Assembly: GCA_036788695.1 (NCBI GenBank)
Contig: DAIQMY010000001.1
Location: 313,773 to 377,772 of the forward strand
Direction: 5' to 3'
DNA length: 64,000 bases
Source: Candidatus Levyibacteriota bacterium
GTDB taxonomy: Bacteria > Patescibacteriota > Microgenomatia > Levybacterales > GWA1-39-11
Shown: one piece after another, positions 39,399 to 48,551 of the stretch
Layout of the letters: each line of letters starts with the position of its first letter
How positions within the stretch are numbered: position 1 is the first letter of the stretch
Notes under the pieces: generated by a model
Databases searched by the model: none
The model's input: the letters and a program-made list of their open reading frames with translations, nothing else
Told to the model about the DNA's origin: nothing
Translations under genes and position numbers: made by a program

Positions 39399-40138
39399 GA
39401 TAAATACCCACGTTTATGAAGCCAGTTATTAATAATAGCAATGTTCTCATTAATAGTTGTATTTGTAGTATCTACAATTAGGTCGAATAAATTTTCATCC
39501 AAAGCGTCTCCTGATTCTTCATTCAGCTCAAGCATTTTGCGAAAAATTCCCGCGTCACTTTTGTTTCTTTCTATGGTTTTTTCAAGTACCTCTTTGTAGT
39601 CTATGCCTTCTCTTTTAGCAATTCTTCTCGCAGATTCTTCAACTGTTGTTATAAGCTTTATTTTTAAAATGCCCAAGTCTTTTTTTTCTTTCATTTCTTG
39701 CTGCAAGGCAATAATAGGACCTAGCCTAGAGTCAACAATAACAGGTCTTCTTTGCCTGCCATGAATTACACCTGTGGCATTCCTGATTACAAGTCTTCCT
39801 AACGCATTTAGCTTATCATCTATTTCAGGTTTTCTATCTATTGCCCCAACCACTATATTTCCGGTAGTAGCATAGTGGATTTTTTTGAAGATCTTCCCAA
39901 CGTCGACAAATTCTGCTCCATGTTGTTCTGCAAGAGCTCTACCCACAGATGAGGTTCCTGTTCCCGCCCAACCTGCAAGTTCAATAACGTTATAGGATGG
40001 AGAAAGTAAATCAATTCCTTTCGGTTTTTCAGATAATTTCATTACTGTCAGCTTAGATTGTTCAATTCCCATATACATATTATAGGTTCTTAAATCCCGG
40101 AAAGCAAACCTTGGGTAACATTTGTGAAAAATAAACAC
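39395..40138 (-). CDS. Cytidylate kinase-like P-loop kinase
   Basis: IELAGWAGTGTSSVGRALAEQHG resembles the Cmk P-loop region. True start probably the internal Met (MKLSEK, ~40042), since the P-loop would otherwise sit 50 aa in. Confidence 0.45.
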   Translation of the reverse strand: MFIFHKCYPRFAFRDLRTYNMYMGIEQSKLTVMKLSEKPKGIDLLSPSYNVIELAGWAGTGTSSVGRALAEQHGAEFVDVGKIFKKIHYATTGNIVVGAIDRKPEIDDKLNALGRLVIRNATGVIHGRQRRPVIVDSRLGPIIALQQEMKEKKDLGILKIKLITTVEESARRIAKREGIDYKEVLEKTIERNKSDAGIFRKMLELNEESGDALDENLFDLIVDTTNTTINENIAIINNWLHKRGYLS

Positions 40139-40349
40139 TACATCTTGACAATTATTTTTGTAGGTTGTATTGTTAAATCAATGCAATTTTACACTTTTGA
40201 ATCTTCAAAAACTTCAATAAGTACAATTCTTCATATCCAGTCGACTTTTTTAAGTAAAGCAAGGTTCTCCTCTAGTCTCCATACTTCAGGGATAACCTTT
40301 TTTCTTTATTCTATTTCCCTAAAGGGAAAAAGATTGGGGGTGAAATCTG

Positions 40350-40628
40350 ATGTCTGTAACTAAAAAAGAACTCATAGAAGTTGTAGCTAAAAAGGCAAAC
40401 TTAACAAATAAAGCATCAAAAGAGGCAATTCGAGTATTTTTAAATTCTATACGTGATTCCTTAAAACGAAATGAGAAGGTTGTTATTTCCGGTTTTGGTA
40501 CATTTTCTCTTAGAACTAGAAAACAAAAAAAAGGAAGAAACCCGAAAACTGGTGAGCCTATGATGATTGCTGCGCGTCGTGCTCCTGGATTTACTCCAGG
40601 AAAAAGTCTTAAAAAAGCAGTCAGATAG
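40350..40628 (+). CDS. hup: DNA-binding protein HU
   Basis: GFGTFSLRTRKQKKGRNPKTGEPMMIAARRAPGFTPGKSLK. Arm region with conserved R-N-P-x-T-G. Confidence 0.9.
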   Translation: MSVTKKELIEVVAKKANLTNKASKEAIRVFLNSIRDSLKRNEKVVISGFGTFSLRTRKQKKGRNPKTGEPMMIAARRAPGFTPGKSLKKAVR

Positions 40629-40960
40629 TAGGATTTGGTCTCAGAAGTTTAGGTATGGTACTGCCCGTATCATGCGATTTAATCTTCGTATTTGTACTTT
40701 AGTACATCTTGCACTAGCAGGTTTGCGGTTGGGTTTCTGTTTTCTTATATGGAAGTATTGTTTCGTTTTTTATCACTATAATTCTCACCTACTCTTTTAA
40801 TCTTTTTATTAATATTTTTATTCATAAACTACGCGCAAAACTGTGCCTTGTCAATTTTTATTGCGCGTCTTGTACTTATGTTTTAAAGCATCCCCCAGGA
40901 GTAAGTGGGCGCTTTTTTTTGAAAACTATAATAAAAATAGCCTCATATAACATCTTATAG

Positions 40961-40989
40961 TTGTTAGCTTCTTCTTGATGTAGTATAAT
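40961..40989 (+). promoter_or_regulatory. Sigma-70-like promoter of rnpB
   Basis: TTGTTA (40961-66), 17-nt spacer, TATAAT (40984-89). Predicted +1 ~7-10 nt downstream coincides with the 5' strand of the P1 stem. Confidence 0.5.
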
Positions 40990-40998
40990 AATATAGCT

Positions 40999-41344
40999 CT
41001 GGGAAGAAGGACTATTACGGTTCATATAATGGATCGAGGAAAGTCCAGACAGCAGCAATGCAGGGGACGGGGCATAAGCCCCGATTGGCAACAACTAGTG
41101 TTTAAACCTTTACTCACATGTGGGTTTAAAACAGATCTTGAATTGACAAGATTTGAGAGCAACAGAGACGAGTGAGTGTGAAACGGGCAATCCTACCTGC
41201 TGCAACTTCCGAACGGTGTGTTTAAAGCGCATTGCTTAGCACCAAAGATTGAAGGCATCCTGCTAAGAACAGGAAAGGTCGACTTAAAATATCGAACTTA
41301 GAGAGATATAGTCTAAAACAGAATCTGGCTTATTCTCTTCCCAG
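40999..41344 (+). ncRNA. rnpB: RNase P RNA, bacterial type A
   Basis: Conserved CR-I GAGGAAAGUCC (41036-41046). GCAACAGAGA. GUGAAACGGG. CR-V ACAGAAUCUGGCUUA (41317-41331). P1 pairing CUGGGAAGA / UCUUCCCAG at the two ends. P4 pairs AAG(U)CCAG with CUGGCUU, with compensatory changes relative to E. coli. Confidence 0.9.
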
Positions 41345-41378
41345 GGCATACAAATTTCTTTCGTGATAAAGTTAAAAG

Positions 41379-41936
41379 ATGAGCTATTTGCATAGCAAAA
41401 TATTTTGGGCTTTGTTTCTCACCAATTGTTTGTACACAGTTATTTTATTAGTATTTATAGTACCTTTTATGATTTTTGTAGTAGCTATGTTGTCTTTTGT
41501 ATCTTTCATTCTTGTTTTTTTAGTCTCAGAAATTTTTTCTATTCAGTCTTATACGCTTTTGAAATTAATTCCTAACACTTTCTCACAACTTCCAATAACT
41601 TTATCAATCTTTATCTTTTTGGGGATAAATTATGTAATATCACGAATGTATCTAAGCCACTATAAGTATGAGGTAGATAGTGATGGAGTAAGAATTACAA
41701 CTGGATTTAGAGACTCAAAGCTTAGGTCATATTCTAAGGGTAATGTAGACGAAGTGAAAATTACGGCTAACCTTGCAGAGCTTGTATTGGGAATTTACGA
41801 TGTATTGATTATTCCTCGGAATGGCAAAAAAAGCAAACTTGCAATTTATAACCCAGGAAGAATTATTGGTTTAGATAGAGAGAAAGCTGAAGCTATTTAT
41901 AGAAGTATTTACACGAACAAGGTAAGTGAGGAGTAG
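41379..41936 (+). CDS. Membrane protein with bacterial PH-like (YdbS/DUF304-like) domain
   Basis: Two N-terminal TM helices, then YEVDSDGVRITTGF...VDEVKI...YDVLIIPRNG, typical of bPH_2 proteins. Confidence 0.4.
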   Translation: MSYLHSKIFWALFLTNCLYTVILLVFIVPFMIFVVAMLSFVSFILVFLVSEIFSIQSYTLLKLIPNTFSQLPITLSIFIFLGINYVISRMYLSHYKYEVDSDGVRITTGFRDSKLRSYSKGNVDEVKITANLAELVLGIYDVLIIPRNGKKSKLAIYNPGRIIGLDREKAEAIYRSIYTNKVSEE

Positions 41937-41943
41937 GTTATTC

Positions 41944-44817
41944 TCATGTGTTACAGAGTAATTTGTATTCACAGTTAACGCAAAGGACATTCTTACTACA
42001 TTGAAAGCTACTTTCCTCTATTTCCTTTATATCCTCAAGTAGATTATTTTCAAATTCTTCCAAGTCCTCCTTTTTAAAGGTCATTGTTTTTTTTGTATTT
42101 CCTTCAAGAAAATGAAGCGTTAGCTTAATATCTTCCGGTTTTCTATCTAGTATTGGGTCTTTAACGCGAGTTGCAGCAAGCGCATACATAGCCAATTGAA
42201 GCCTATGGGATTTTTCAGCTTTTGGATTGTCCTCACCGGTTTTGTAATCAATAATCTCTATTCCGTTATCAGTTTTATCAATTCTATCTATTTTCCCAAA
42301 AATTTTAACACCATTTTTTAACGTGAAATTAAATGGCATTTCAAGAGCCAAGGGTACTACGGGAGGTTGACATTCTTTTGAATAAAATTCTTCCAACAGT
42401 TTTTGTCCTTGTACAATACGTTCTTTTTCATGTGCTTTACTTTCATATCCATCCGACTGCCACTCATGTTTTAGCAAATCGCAAAGTTCTTGAAGTGATA
42501 ATATATTGCCGTTTTGTACCGCTTTATAGAAGCTATAAAGTGTATTATGCATTGAAATACCAAAACTTTGTACGGCGGCAGGGGGAGTAGGTAAGCCAAG
42601 AATGACTTTTGCTTTATAGTGAAGTGGGCAAATATCAAACATTTGGAGATTAGAGTAGGTAAGATAGGTCACTTTATATGGATTTTTAATTTCTATTTTT
42701 TCATCCACATTCTCATATACTGATAAAACTTCAGTTAAAGATAGCTGTTGAACACGTTTTGGGACCTGCTCTGTCTTTGCGAGATTAGGCAATGCCTCAT
42801 AAATAAAAGGAGAGATCTTTTTTGCGCGTTTTCCAGTTCCATAGTAATCTGCCGCAGTAAAATAAAGATGCTTACGTGCCCTTGTCATCCCAACGTAAAA
42901 TAGTCTTCGCTCTTCTTGTAAGTGGATATCTTCTTCGTCTATTATTTTCTCTTTAATAATCTCTTGGGGAAGTGGGATTTTTTCAGTTCGTTCACGGGAT
43001 GGGAATCTGTCATTTACGAGGTTGACCATGAAAACAGTGTCAAATTCTAGTCCTTTTGAAGAATGGACTGTGAGAATATTTACCGCATTTAAATCTCTCA
43101 CATCAACATCAGCGGCAGTTGGGCTATCCCCCATAGTTAACATAAGCGAGAGCCAATCTACCAGGGTAAAGATGTTGCTGTTTGTACGTTCTGACTCAAA
43201 ATTTTTTATCCTATCAAAAAATTTTGCAATGTTTTGAACGCGTCTTTCTTCTTTTACAGAATTTGTTGCGGAGAGTGTTTCAAACAATTTACTATCGACT
43301 AAAAAGTAATATAAAATTTGTCCGGCTGGATCTTTTCGAGCAAGATCTAAGTGGCGCAAAACCATTTGCTTAAATAAGTTTAATTTTTCCTGAGTTTCAG
43401 GTTTTAGAAATGTTTGATTTAAGTTGTTAAGTGATTCAAAAAGAGTTAAATTTTTCTTTTTTGCAAAATTTAATAAATAATTAAGTTCTACAGTTGGAAG
43501 TTTGAAAATATCCATTGAAAGCACCCTGAAAAGAGATACAGAGTCAGAAAGATTGGTAAGAAAAACAAGGTATGCGATGAGATCTTTTACTTCTTCCTGT
43601 TGAAAGAGATGTCCTGGGCCCAAGAATTGGTAGGGGATTTTGTGTCTTTGCAAGGCCGTAGTTATAATTTGAGCATGATTGTTTGCTCTGACAAGGATTG
43701 CTATATCTTTATATGATATATCTCGACTCAATTCTATTATCTTACGGGCAATTGCGTCTGCTTCATCTTCTGTGCGAACTTCATGAATGAGTTCAATACC
43801 TGATTTTTTAGTAGCTTTCGTGTGGGATTTAAGCTTTTTATCAATCTTTTCAACAATCTCAAGCCTGTTTGGGTTATTATGTTGAATAAGAGCATATGCA
43901 GCATCTAATATGACCTGGGTTGATCTATAGTTATCAATAAGACTTATAACTGATGCTGTGGGAAAATTTTTTTTAAATTGAAGCACATTATTTACAGCCG
44001 CACCTCTGAATCTATATATTGACTGGTCATCATCTGCAACGACCGTAATATTGTGTTCTTTTCCAGCAAGCAAAATGGCTAGTTCATTTTGTGCATAGTT
44101 TGTGTCCTGGAATTCATCGACTAATACAAATTTAAATTGCGTTTGGTAACGTTTTAAAATATGAGGTCTTTGCCGAAACAATAATAGGGTATTGGATATG
44201 AGATCTGAAAAATCCATGACTGAATTTTCAATCTTTAATTGCTCATATGCCTTATATGCGTTTGCGAGTTCCGCGTATTGCGCGGTCTCATCATTTTGCT
44301 CTTTGCTGTTTTTATTTTGTTCATGAGCCCATTTCATATAATCTTCAGGAGTTATATCTTCATCCTTGAGCCTTGCAAAATGGGTGAGGAGAGCATTTAA
44401 AAATTTTGTCGGATTTCCAAGAGGTCTAAACATTTTCAGTCCTAAATTAAAAATGTTTTGTCTCATTAAAAGAATCGCTTCTGATTCTGAGATAAGTTTA
44501 TAATTTGGATCAAGTCCAATTGCATGTGCGTCGTCTCTTAAAATTTTGTCGCAGAAGGAGTGAAATGTATGAATCCATAGATTCGTATAGCCATAAGGGA
44601 GTAGAATATCCACTCTTTCCTGCATTTCGTACGCTGCCTTTTCAGTAAATGTTAGCGCTAAAACCTGGGATGATGGAACATTTTTTTCAGTGATAAGGTG
44701 TCTTATTCTTTCTGTTATAACCGTAGTTTTCCCTGTGCCAGCGCCCGCAATTATGAGAAGAGGTCCGCTTCTGAATGTTACAGCCTTTTGCTGTTGAGTA
44801 TTCAATTGTTTATTCAT
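41944..44817 (-). CDS. UvrD/PcrA-family SF1 helicase fused to C-terminal Cas4/AddB-like PD-(D/E)XK nuclease with 4-Cys Fe-S motif
   Basis: N-terminal LIIAGAGTGKTTV (Walker A). Helicase motifs through ~residue 650. C-terminal ICPLHY...GKIDRID...EIIDYKTG...LQLAMYALA...CSKNVLCVNCEYKLLC (nuclease motifs II/III, QxxxY, Cys cluster). Confidence 0.8.
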   Translation of the reverse strand: MNKQLNTQQQKAVTFRSGPLLIIAGAGTGKTTVITERIRHLITEKNVPSSQVLALTFTEKAAYEMQERVDILLPYGYTNLWIHTFHSFCDKILRDDAHAIGLDPNYKLISESEAILLMRQNIFNLGLKMFRPLGNPTKFLNALLTHFARLKDEDITPEDYMKWAHEQNKNSKEQNDETAQYAELANAYKAYEQLKIENSVMDFSDLISNTLLLFRQRPHILKRYQTQFKFVLVDEFQDTNYAQNELAILLAGKEHNITVVADDDQSIYRFRGAAVNNVLQFKKNFPTASVISLIDNYRSTQVILDAAYALIQHNNPNRLEIVEKIDKKLKSHTKATKKSGIELIHEVRTEDEADAIARKIIELSRDISYKDIAILVRANNHAQIITTALQRHKIPYQFLGPGHLFQQEEVKDLIAYLVFLTNLSDSVSLFRVLSMDIFKLPTVELNYLLNFAKKKNLTLFESLNNLNQTFLKPETQEKLNLFKQMVLRHLDLARKDPAGQILYYFLVDSKLFETLSATNSVKEERRVQNIAKFFDRIKNFESERTNSNIFTLVDWLSLMLTMGDSPTAADVDVRDLNAVNILTVHSSKGLEFDTVFMVNLVNDRFPSRERTEKIPLPQEIIKEKIIDEEDIHLQEERRLFYVGMTRARKHLYFTAADYYGTGKRAKKISPFIYEALPNLAKTEQVPKRVQQLSLTEVLSVYENVDEKIEIKNPYKVTYLTYSNLQMFDICPLHYKAKVILGLPTPPAAVQSFGISMHNTLYSFYKAVQNGNILSLQELCDLLKHEWQSDGYESKAHEKERIVQGQKLLEEFYSKECQPPVVPLALEMPFNFTLKNGVKIFGKIDRIDKTDNGIEIIDYKTGEDNPKAEKSHRLQLAMYALAATRVKDPILDRKPEDIKLTLHFLEGNTKKTMTFKKEDLEEFENNLLEDIKEIEESSFQCSKNVLCVNCEYKLLCNT

Positions 44818-44990
44818 CTTTATGATAATAATCTTCTTGTACTCTTGCTCACTTCGTTCTCAAAATCTAAAGATGAGGTTTAGTACCTTATCCATGTTTG
44901 TATTATACGATTCTTTATTGGTAGACCATTGTAGCATAGGATACATGTCTTGGGTGTATAAAAGCGGGTGTGCTATACTCTTAAAATTCC

Positions 44991-45743
44991 ATGGCAGCTA
45001 TTTCATTCAAATCATTACTTATAAAAAAAGAAAAGAATGGTGAGAACGCGTGGAATTTTTATTTTACTAAACCTGAATTTACGCATAGAACAAGTCATAA
45101 CAGATTGGGCATCATCAAAAACTCAAAAAAATTTACTTATCTTCCAGGTCAGTATGTAAAAATTAACCTCGATATTAAAAATCCAGACGCAAGAGGGGTA
45201 AGTAGATACTTTACATTATCTAGTAGTCCTCAAGACACATATTTAATGGTGACCACTCGCATATTAAAGTCTACTTTTAAATTATCGCTAAATAGTCTTG
45301 CGATAGGTCAGGAAGTTCAGATAAGAGGTCCATGGGGAGACTTTGTTTTAGACAAAAAAGAAACACGTCCTGTTGTTTTTATAGCGGGAGGAATTGGGAT
45401 AACCCCGTTCCAATCAATCATTAAATCTTTCTTAAAAGAAAAAGGTAAAATTCCAAAGATAACTTTATTTGTTTCCTATAAAACATCCCAGGACGTTTTA
45501 TTTAAGAGAGAGATGGATTTTGTGACTGGAAATAAGAATATACGCGTTATTACAGTCATTTCATCAGAAAATAAAGAGAGGATTGAAATAAAATTTCTTC
45601 AAAAGCATCTTGTTTCTTTGGACAAATATGCGTATTATATTTCAGGTTCTGAAAAAATGGTCTCGGACATGAAAAGAATGCTGACGAATGAAGCAAAAAT
45701 CTCTGAAACTCATATAAAGACAGATGATTTCCCGGGTTATTAA
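44991..45743 (+). CDS. FNR-like FAD/NAD(P)-binding oxidoreductase (PyrK/ferredoxin reductase family)
   Basis: RYFTLSS (RxYS FAD motif). GPWGDF. FIAGGIGITPF (NAD(P) GxGxxP). Confidence 0.6.
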   Translation: MAAISFKSLLIKKEKNGENAWNFYFTKPEFTHRTSHNRLGIIKNSKKFTYLPGQYVKINLDIKNPDARGVSRYFTLSSSPQDTYLMVTTRILKSTFKLSLNSLAIGQEVQIRGPWGDFVLDKKETRPVVFIAGGIGITPFQSIIKSFLKEKGKIPKITLFVSYKTSQDVLFKREMDFVTGNKNIRVITVISSENKERIEIKFLQKHLVSLDKYAYYISGSEKMVSDMKRMLTNEAKISETHIKTDDFPGY

Positions 45744-45746
45744 AGA

Positions 45747-45968
45747 ATGAAACGCAATAGTAAAAAAATACAAAAAACAAATGTGTTGTCCTCAACGGAC
45801 CTTGAAAGATTTGGTGGGGCGGTAAAACACATAAGACAAGCTTGGGAGAATATGGCTGATGAAACAGACTTTGAAGAGAGGGAATTATTCGTAGAAATGG
45901 CATCAAAGGTACTCTTTTTAAGAAGTAAATTATCAGAACTTGATAAAAGTAATGATCATGTCAATTAA
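45747..45968 (+). CDS. Small hypothetical protein
   Basis: 73-aa ORF starting 4 nt after the preceding stop. No motif. Confidence 0.25.
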   Translation: MKRNSKKIQKTNVLSSTDLERFGGAVKHIRQAWENMADETDFEERELFVEMASKVLFLRSKLSELDKSNDHVN

Positions 45969-46915
45969 TCGCCCGGCAATAATTTTTCTTCTTCGTTTTT
46001 AATATTTGCAGTTGATTGAATTTTTATTCCCAATTTATCAAATCCAGTTGTAACGTGTGCCATTACGTTGTAGGAATTTGTAATATGTTTGTTTAACACT
46101 CCAATTGTTTCGCCCACTTTTTCATAATCTTTCTGCATCGCTCTTACTCCGGAAAGAATTTCTTTTGCCTGCTCAGTAATCTTCTGACCCTCAAAACTTA
46201 TAAGTATGGATCTTAAATATGCGTAGAAAGTCATGGGGGATACGGGAAGAACACGTTTGACAGACGCGTAGTCATACAGTGCAGAGTGATTGACGATTTC
46301 GTAATATATTGCTTCAGAGGGGATATACATAAGGGCATAATCTATAGTTCCTTCTTGTGTCAAAATATATCTACTTGAAATTGCGTCAATATGTTTTTTT
46401 ACATCTGAAACAAAGTCTTTCTCAATTGTTTTTTTCTCAGCTTCTGTTTCGGAGGCTGCCATTTTTCTAAAATTTTCTAAAGGAAATTTTGAATCAATAG
46501 GGATAATTCCCGCCTCAGTTTTAATTGCTGCATCTACAATTACGCCACTTTTAAATGTGTATTGAAGATGAAAAGAGGATTTAGGAAGCATTTGTGAAAG
46601 TAACTCTTTCAGAACCTGCTCGCCTATATTTCCTCTGAGTTTTGGGCTTTTAAGGAGGTCTTGTAGATCTCGCATGGACCGTCCTATTTCTGACATTTCC
46701 CCAATATTTTTTTGTACGCCTGAGATAACCTCTGCTGCTTTGTCGAGTCTGGAATTTAATTGTTGAGAGTTGTTGTCGAGTCGCTTATCCATGGATTTAA
46801 GCCACTCAAGCAATGTTTGGTCAGATTTCTGATTTGATTTTTTTGAGACGATATAAATTACAATTCCAAAACCTAGAACGAGAATAGAGGAAATAATGAG
46901 CAGATCTGTATTCAT
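45965..46915 (-). CDS. rmuC: DNA recombination protein RmuC
   Basis: N-terminal TM + coiled coil. RGNIGEQVLKELL...IPIDSKFPLE matches RmuC conserved core. Confidence 0.75.
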   Translation of the reverse strand: MNTDLLIISSILVLGFGIVIYIVSKKSNQKSDQTLLEWLKSMDKRLDNNSQQLNSRLDKAAEVISGVQKNIGEMSEIGRSMRDLQDLLKSPKLRGNIGEQVLKELLSQMLPKSSFHLQYTFKSGVIVDAAIKTEAGIIPIDSKFPLENFRKMAASETEAEKKTIEKDFVSDVKKHIDAISSRYILTQEGTIDYALMYIPSEAIYYEIVNHSALYDYASVKRVLPVSPMTFYAYLRSILISFEGQKITEQAKEILSGVRAMQKDYEKVGETIGVLNKHITNSYNVMAHVTTGFDKLGIKIQSTANIKNEEEKLLPGD

Positions 46916-47043
46916 GAAGTGTTATATTTTACCACATGAAAACAATTAAACAGTTTCTCAGGGTTTTAGTCTTGGGAGATTTTCAATGGTCTGGTTGAAA
47001 ACGATTCTGAATTGTTGATGCTTAATAGGATTTTTGTTATATT

Positions 47044-48021
47044 TTGAGTATGTCTATTCCACAAAGTGAGGGTGAACCTCATATTGCACAGCCAACCTTA
47101 GGTAGGCTAGTTAGAGCTCATGAGTATGCTGAGTTTGAAACTATAAGAAGCCACCATAGAAGTTCAGCATTGGATGCAAGAGAAAAAGCAAACCAGAAAA
47201 AACAAAGTTCAAGCCCGCTTGATAAAGCTCTCAGCGTTTGGCAAAGTAAAAAATCACACTTTCATGATAGAAAATCTGAAGGAGCTAAATTAAAAATTGA
47301 AAAAGAAGTTGAACAAATGTTTTGGTCAGCGGATAGAGACGAAATGTCAACATTCTACCAGTCCGTTGCAGCAAATGCAGCAGGGATGGGAATGAAAGAC
47401 CTTGCAGACGAACTAATTCGCATGAGTGAAAGAAGCCCTGAACAAGCCCTTACTGAATATAAGCCTGGGGTACACTCTGAGCTTGCTCAAGCTGTTGAAC
47501 AGATGGCTTATTACATAGGAAATAGATTTAAGGAACCAACAGTGGTAGTTATTTCTGACGGTGGGTTTATAACGGAAGGTAATCTTTTCGGTCCAATAAC
47601 ACCTGAAAGAATTGCCGGAAGGGATGCTTGGTATAGAAGGAATAACCCAGAAAACATACTTAATAAGACGAAGGTAGCATATGGATTATTGGGTTTAAAG
47701 GATTATATTGAGGACATTCCAGACTTTACTCATGAATCAAGCTTTTGGCCACTTTCTAACTCATGGGAGAAAGATCACAAGACGTATATTTCTGGAGCAT
47801 TTAGAGACCCCGTGGCATTCTCATTTATTTTCATAAGACCGAAAACTAAGAGTACACCAGATGATTTTCAAGAAATGTATATCCCTCCAAAAGTAGGGAT
47901 ACAATTAAATAAAATTAATGTAGATTGGCCACAAATTGAACCTGATTCATCAAAAGCTGTTCATGAACTAGACCGCTATAGCTTACTGCAACCTAAATTG
48001 TTACCTGTCCCAGAAGTTTAA
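47044..48021 (+). CDS. Hypothetical protein (unknown family)
   Basis: 325-aa ORF. Visibly less A/T-skewed than its neighbours. No recognisable motif. Confidence 0.4.
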   Translation: MSMSIPQSEGEPHIAQPTLGRLVRAHEYAEFETIRSHHRSSALDAREKANQKKQSSSPLDKALSVWQSKKSHFHDRKSEGAKLKIEKEVEQMFWSADRDEMSTFYQSVAANAAGMGMKDLADELIRMSERSPEQALTEYKPGVHSELAQAVEQMAYYIGNRFKEPTVVVISDGGFITEGNLFGPITPERIAGRDAWYRRNNPENILNKTKVAYGLLGLKDYIEDIPDFTHESSFWPLSNSWEKDHKTYISGAFRDPVAFSFIFIRPKTKSTPDDFQEMYIPPKVGIQLNKINVDWPQIEPDSSKAVHELDRYSLLQPKLLPVPEV

Positions 48022-48551
48022 CTATTTTTCTCAAGCACCTTGTAAAGAGCGATTCCTAAAGTTACCATAACGTTTAGGCTTGTGTTAATCCCAAACATGG
48101 GAAGTTCAACTATAGAGTCACACGCACTCAGTGTTTCAGAGGAGCAACCATCTGTTTCATTTCCTACTACTAGTGCGATCGGAAGTTTATAGTCAAATGT
48201 GGTAAAGGGTATACTTCTTTGATCTTGTTCGACTGCGACAATTTGAACGTTTTGTATTTGCTGTTTTAATTTTTGAATTGCCTCTGGTGCGCTTGAAACG
48301 TATTCCCAAGGTGTCCATTGCCATGTATTAATGCTTGCCTTTTTAATGCGTGAATTTGGAGGTGTTTCGGTTCTCCCGCAGAGATATACCTTTGCTGCTC
48401 CTACAGCGTCTGCTAGGCGGAATATAGCGCCAACGTTATATGTATCAAGAACGTCATCTAGAATAATATAAATCCCTTGCCTTTTAATTGAATTGAGTTG
48501 TTCTTGGGTTGGTTCTGTTGTTCTCAGTGTTGCCGGTTTGAGTTTATTCAT
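48018..48551 (-). CDS. SpoU-class (SPOUT) RNA 2'-O-methyltransferase, TrmH/TrmL-like
   Basis: NVGAIFRLADAVG. LVVGNETDG. LPMFGINTSLNV. Confidence 0.7.
   Translation of the reverse strand: MNKLKPATLRTTEPTQEQLNSIKRQGIYIILDDVLDTYNVGAIFRLADAVGAAKVYLCGRTETPPNSRIKKASINTWQWTPWEYVSSAPEAIQKLKQQIQNVQIVAVEQDQRSIPFTTFDYKLPIALVVGNETDGCSSETLSACDSIVELPMFGINTSLNVMVTLGIALYKVLEKNS

Noticed and set aside
40629-40960. Possible additional small RNA or terminator between hup and rnpB (T8 tract at ~40913-40920)
   Set aside because: No convincing stable stem precedes the U-tract, and no conserved ncRNA motif (tmRNA, SRP, 6S) was recognised. Left unannotated.
40876-41094. 72-aa minus-strand ORF
   Set aside because: It overlaps the rnpB promoter and 5' third of RNase P RNA, and is spurious.
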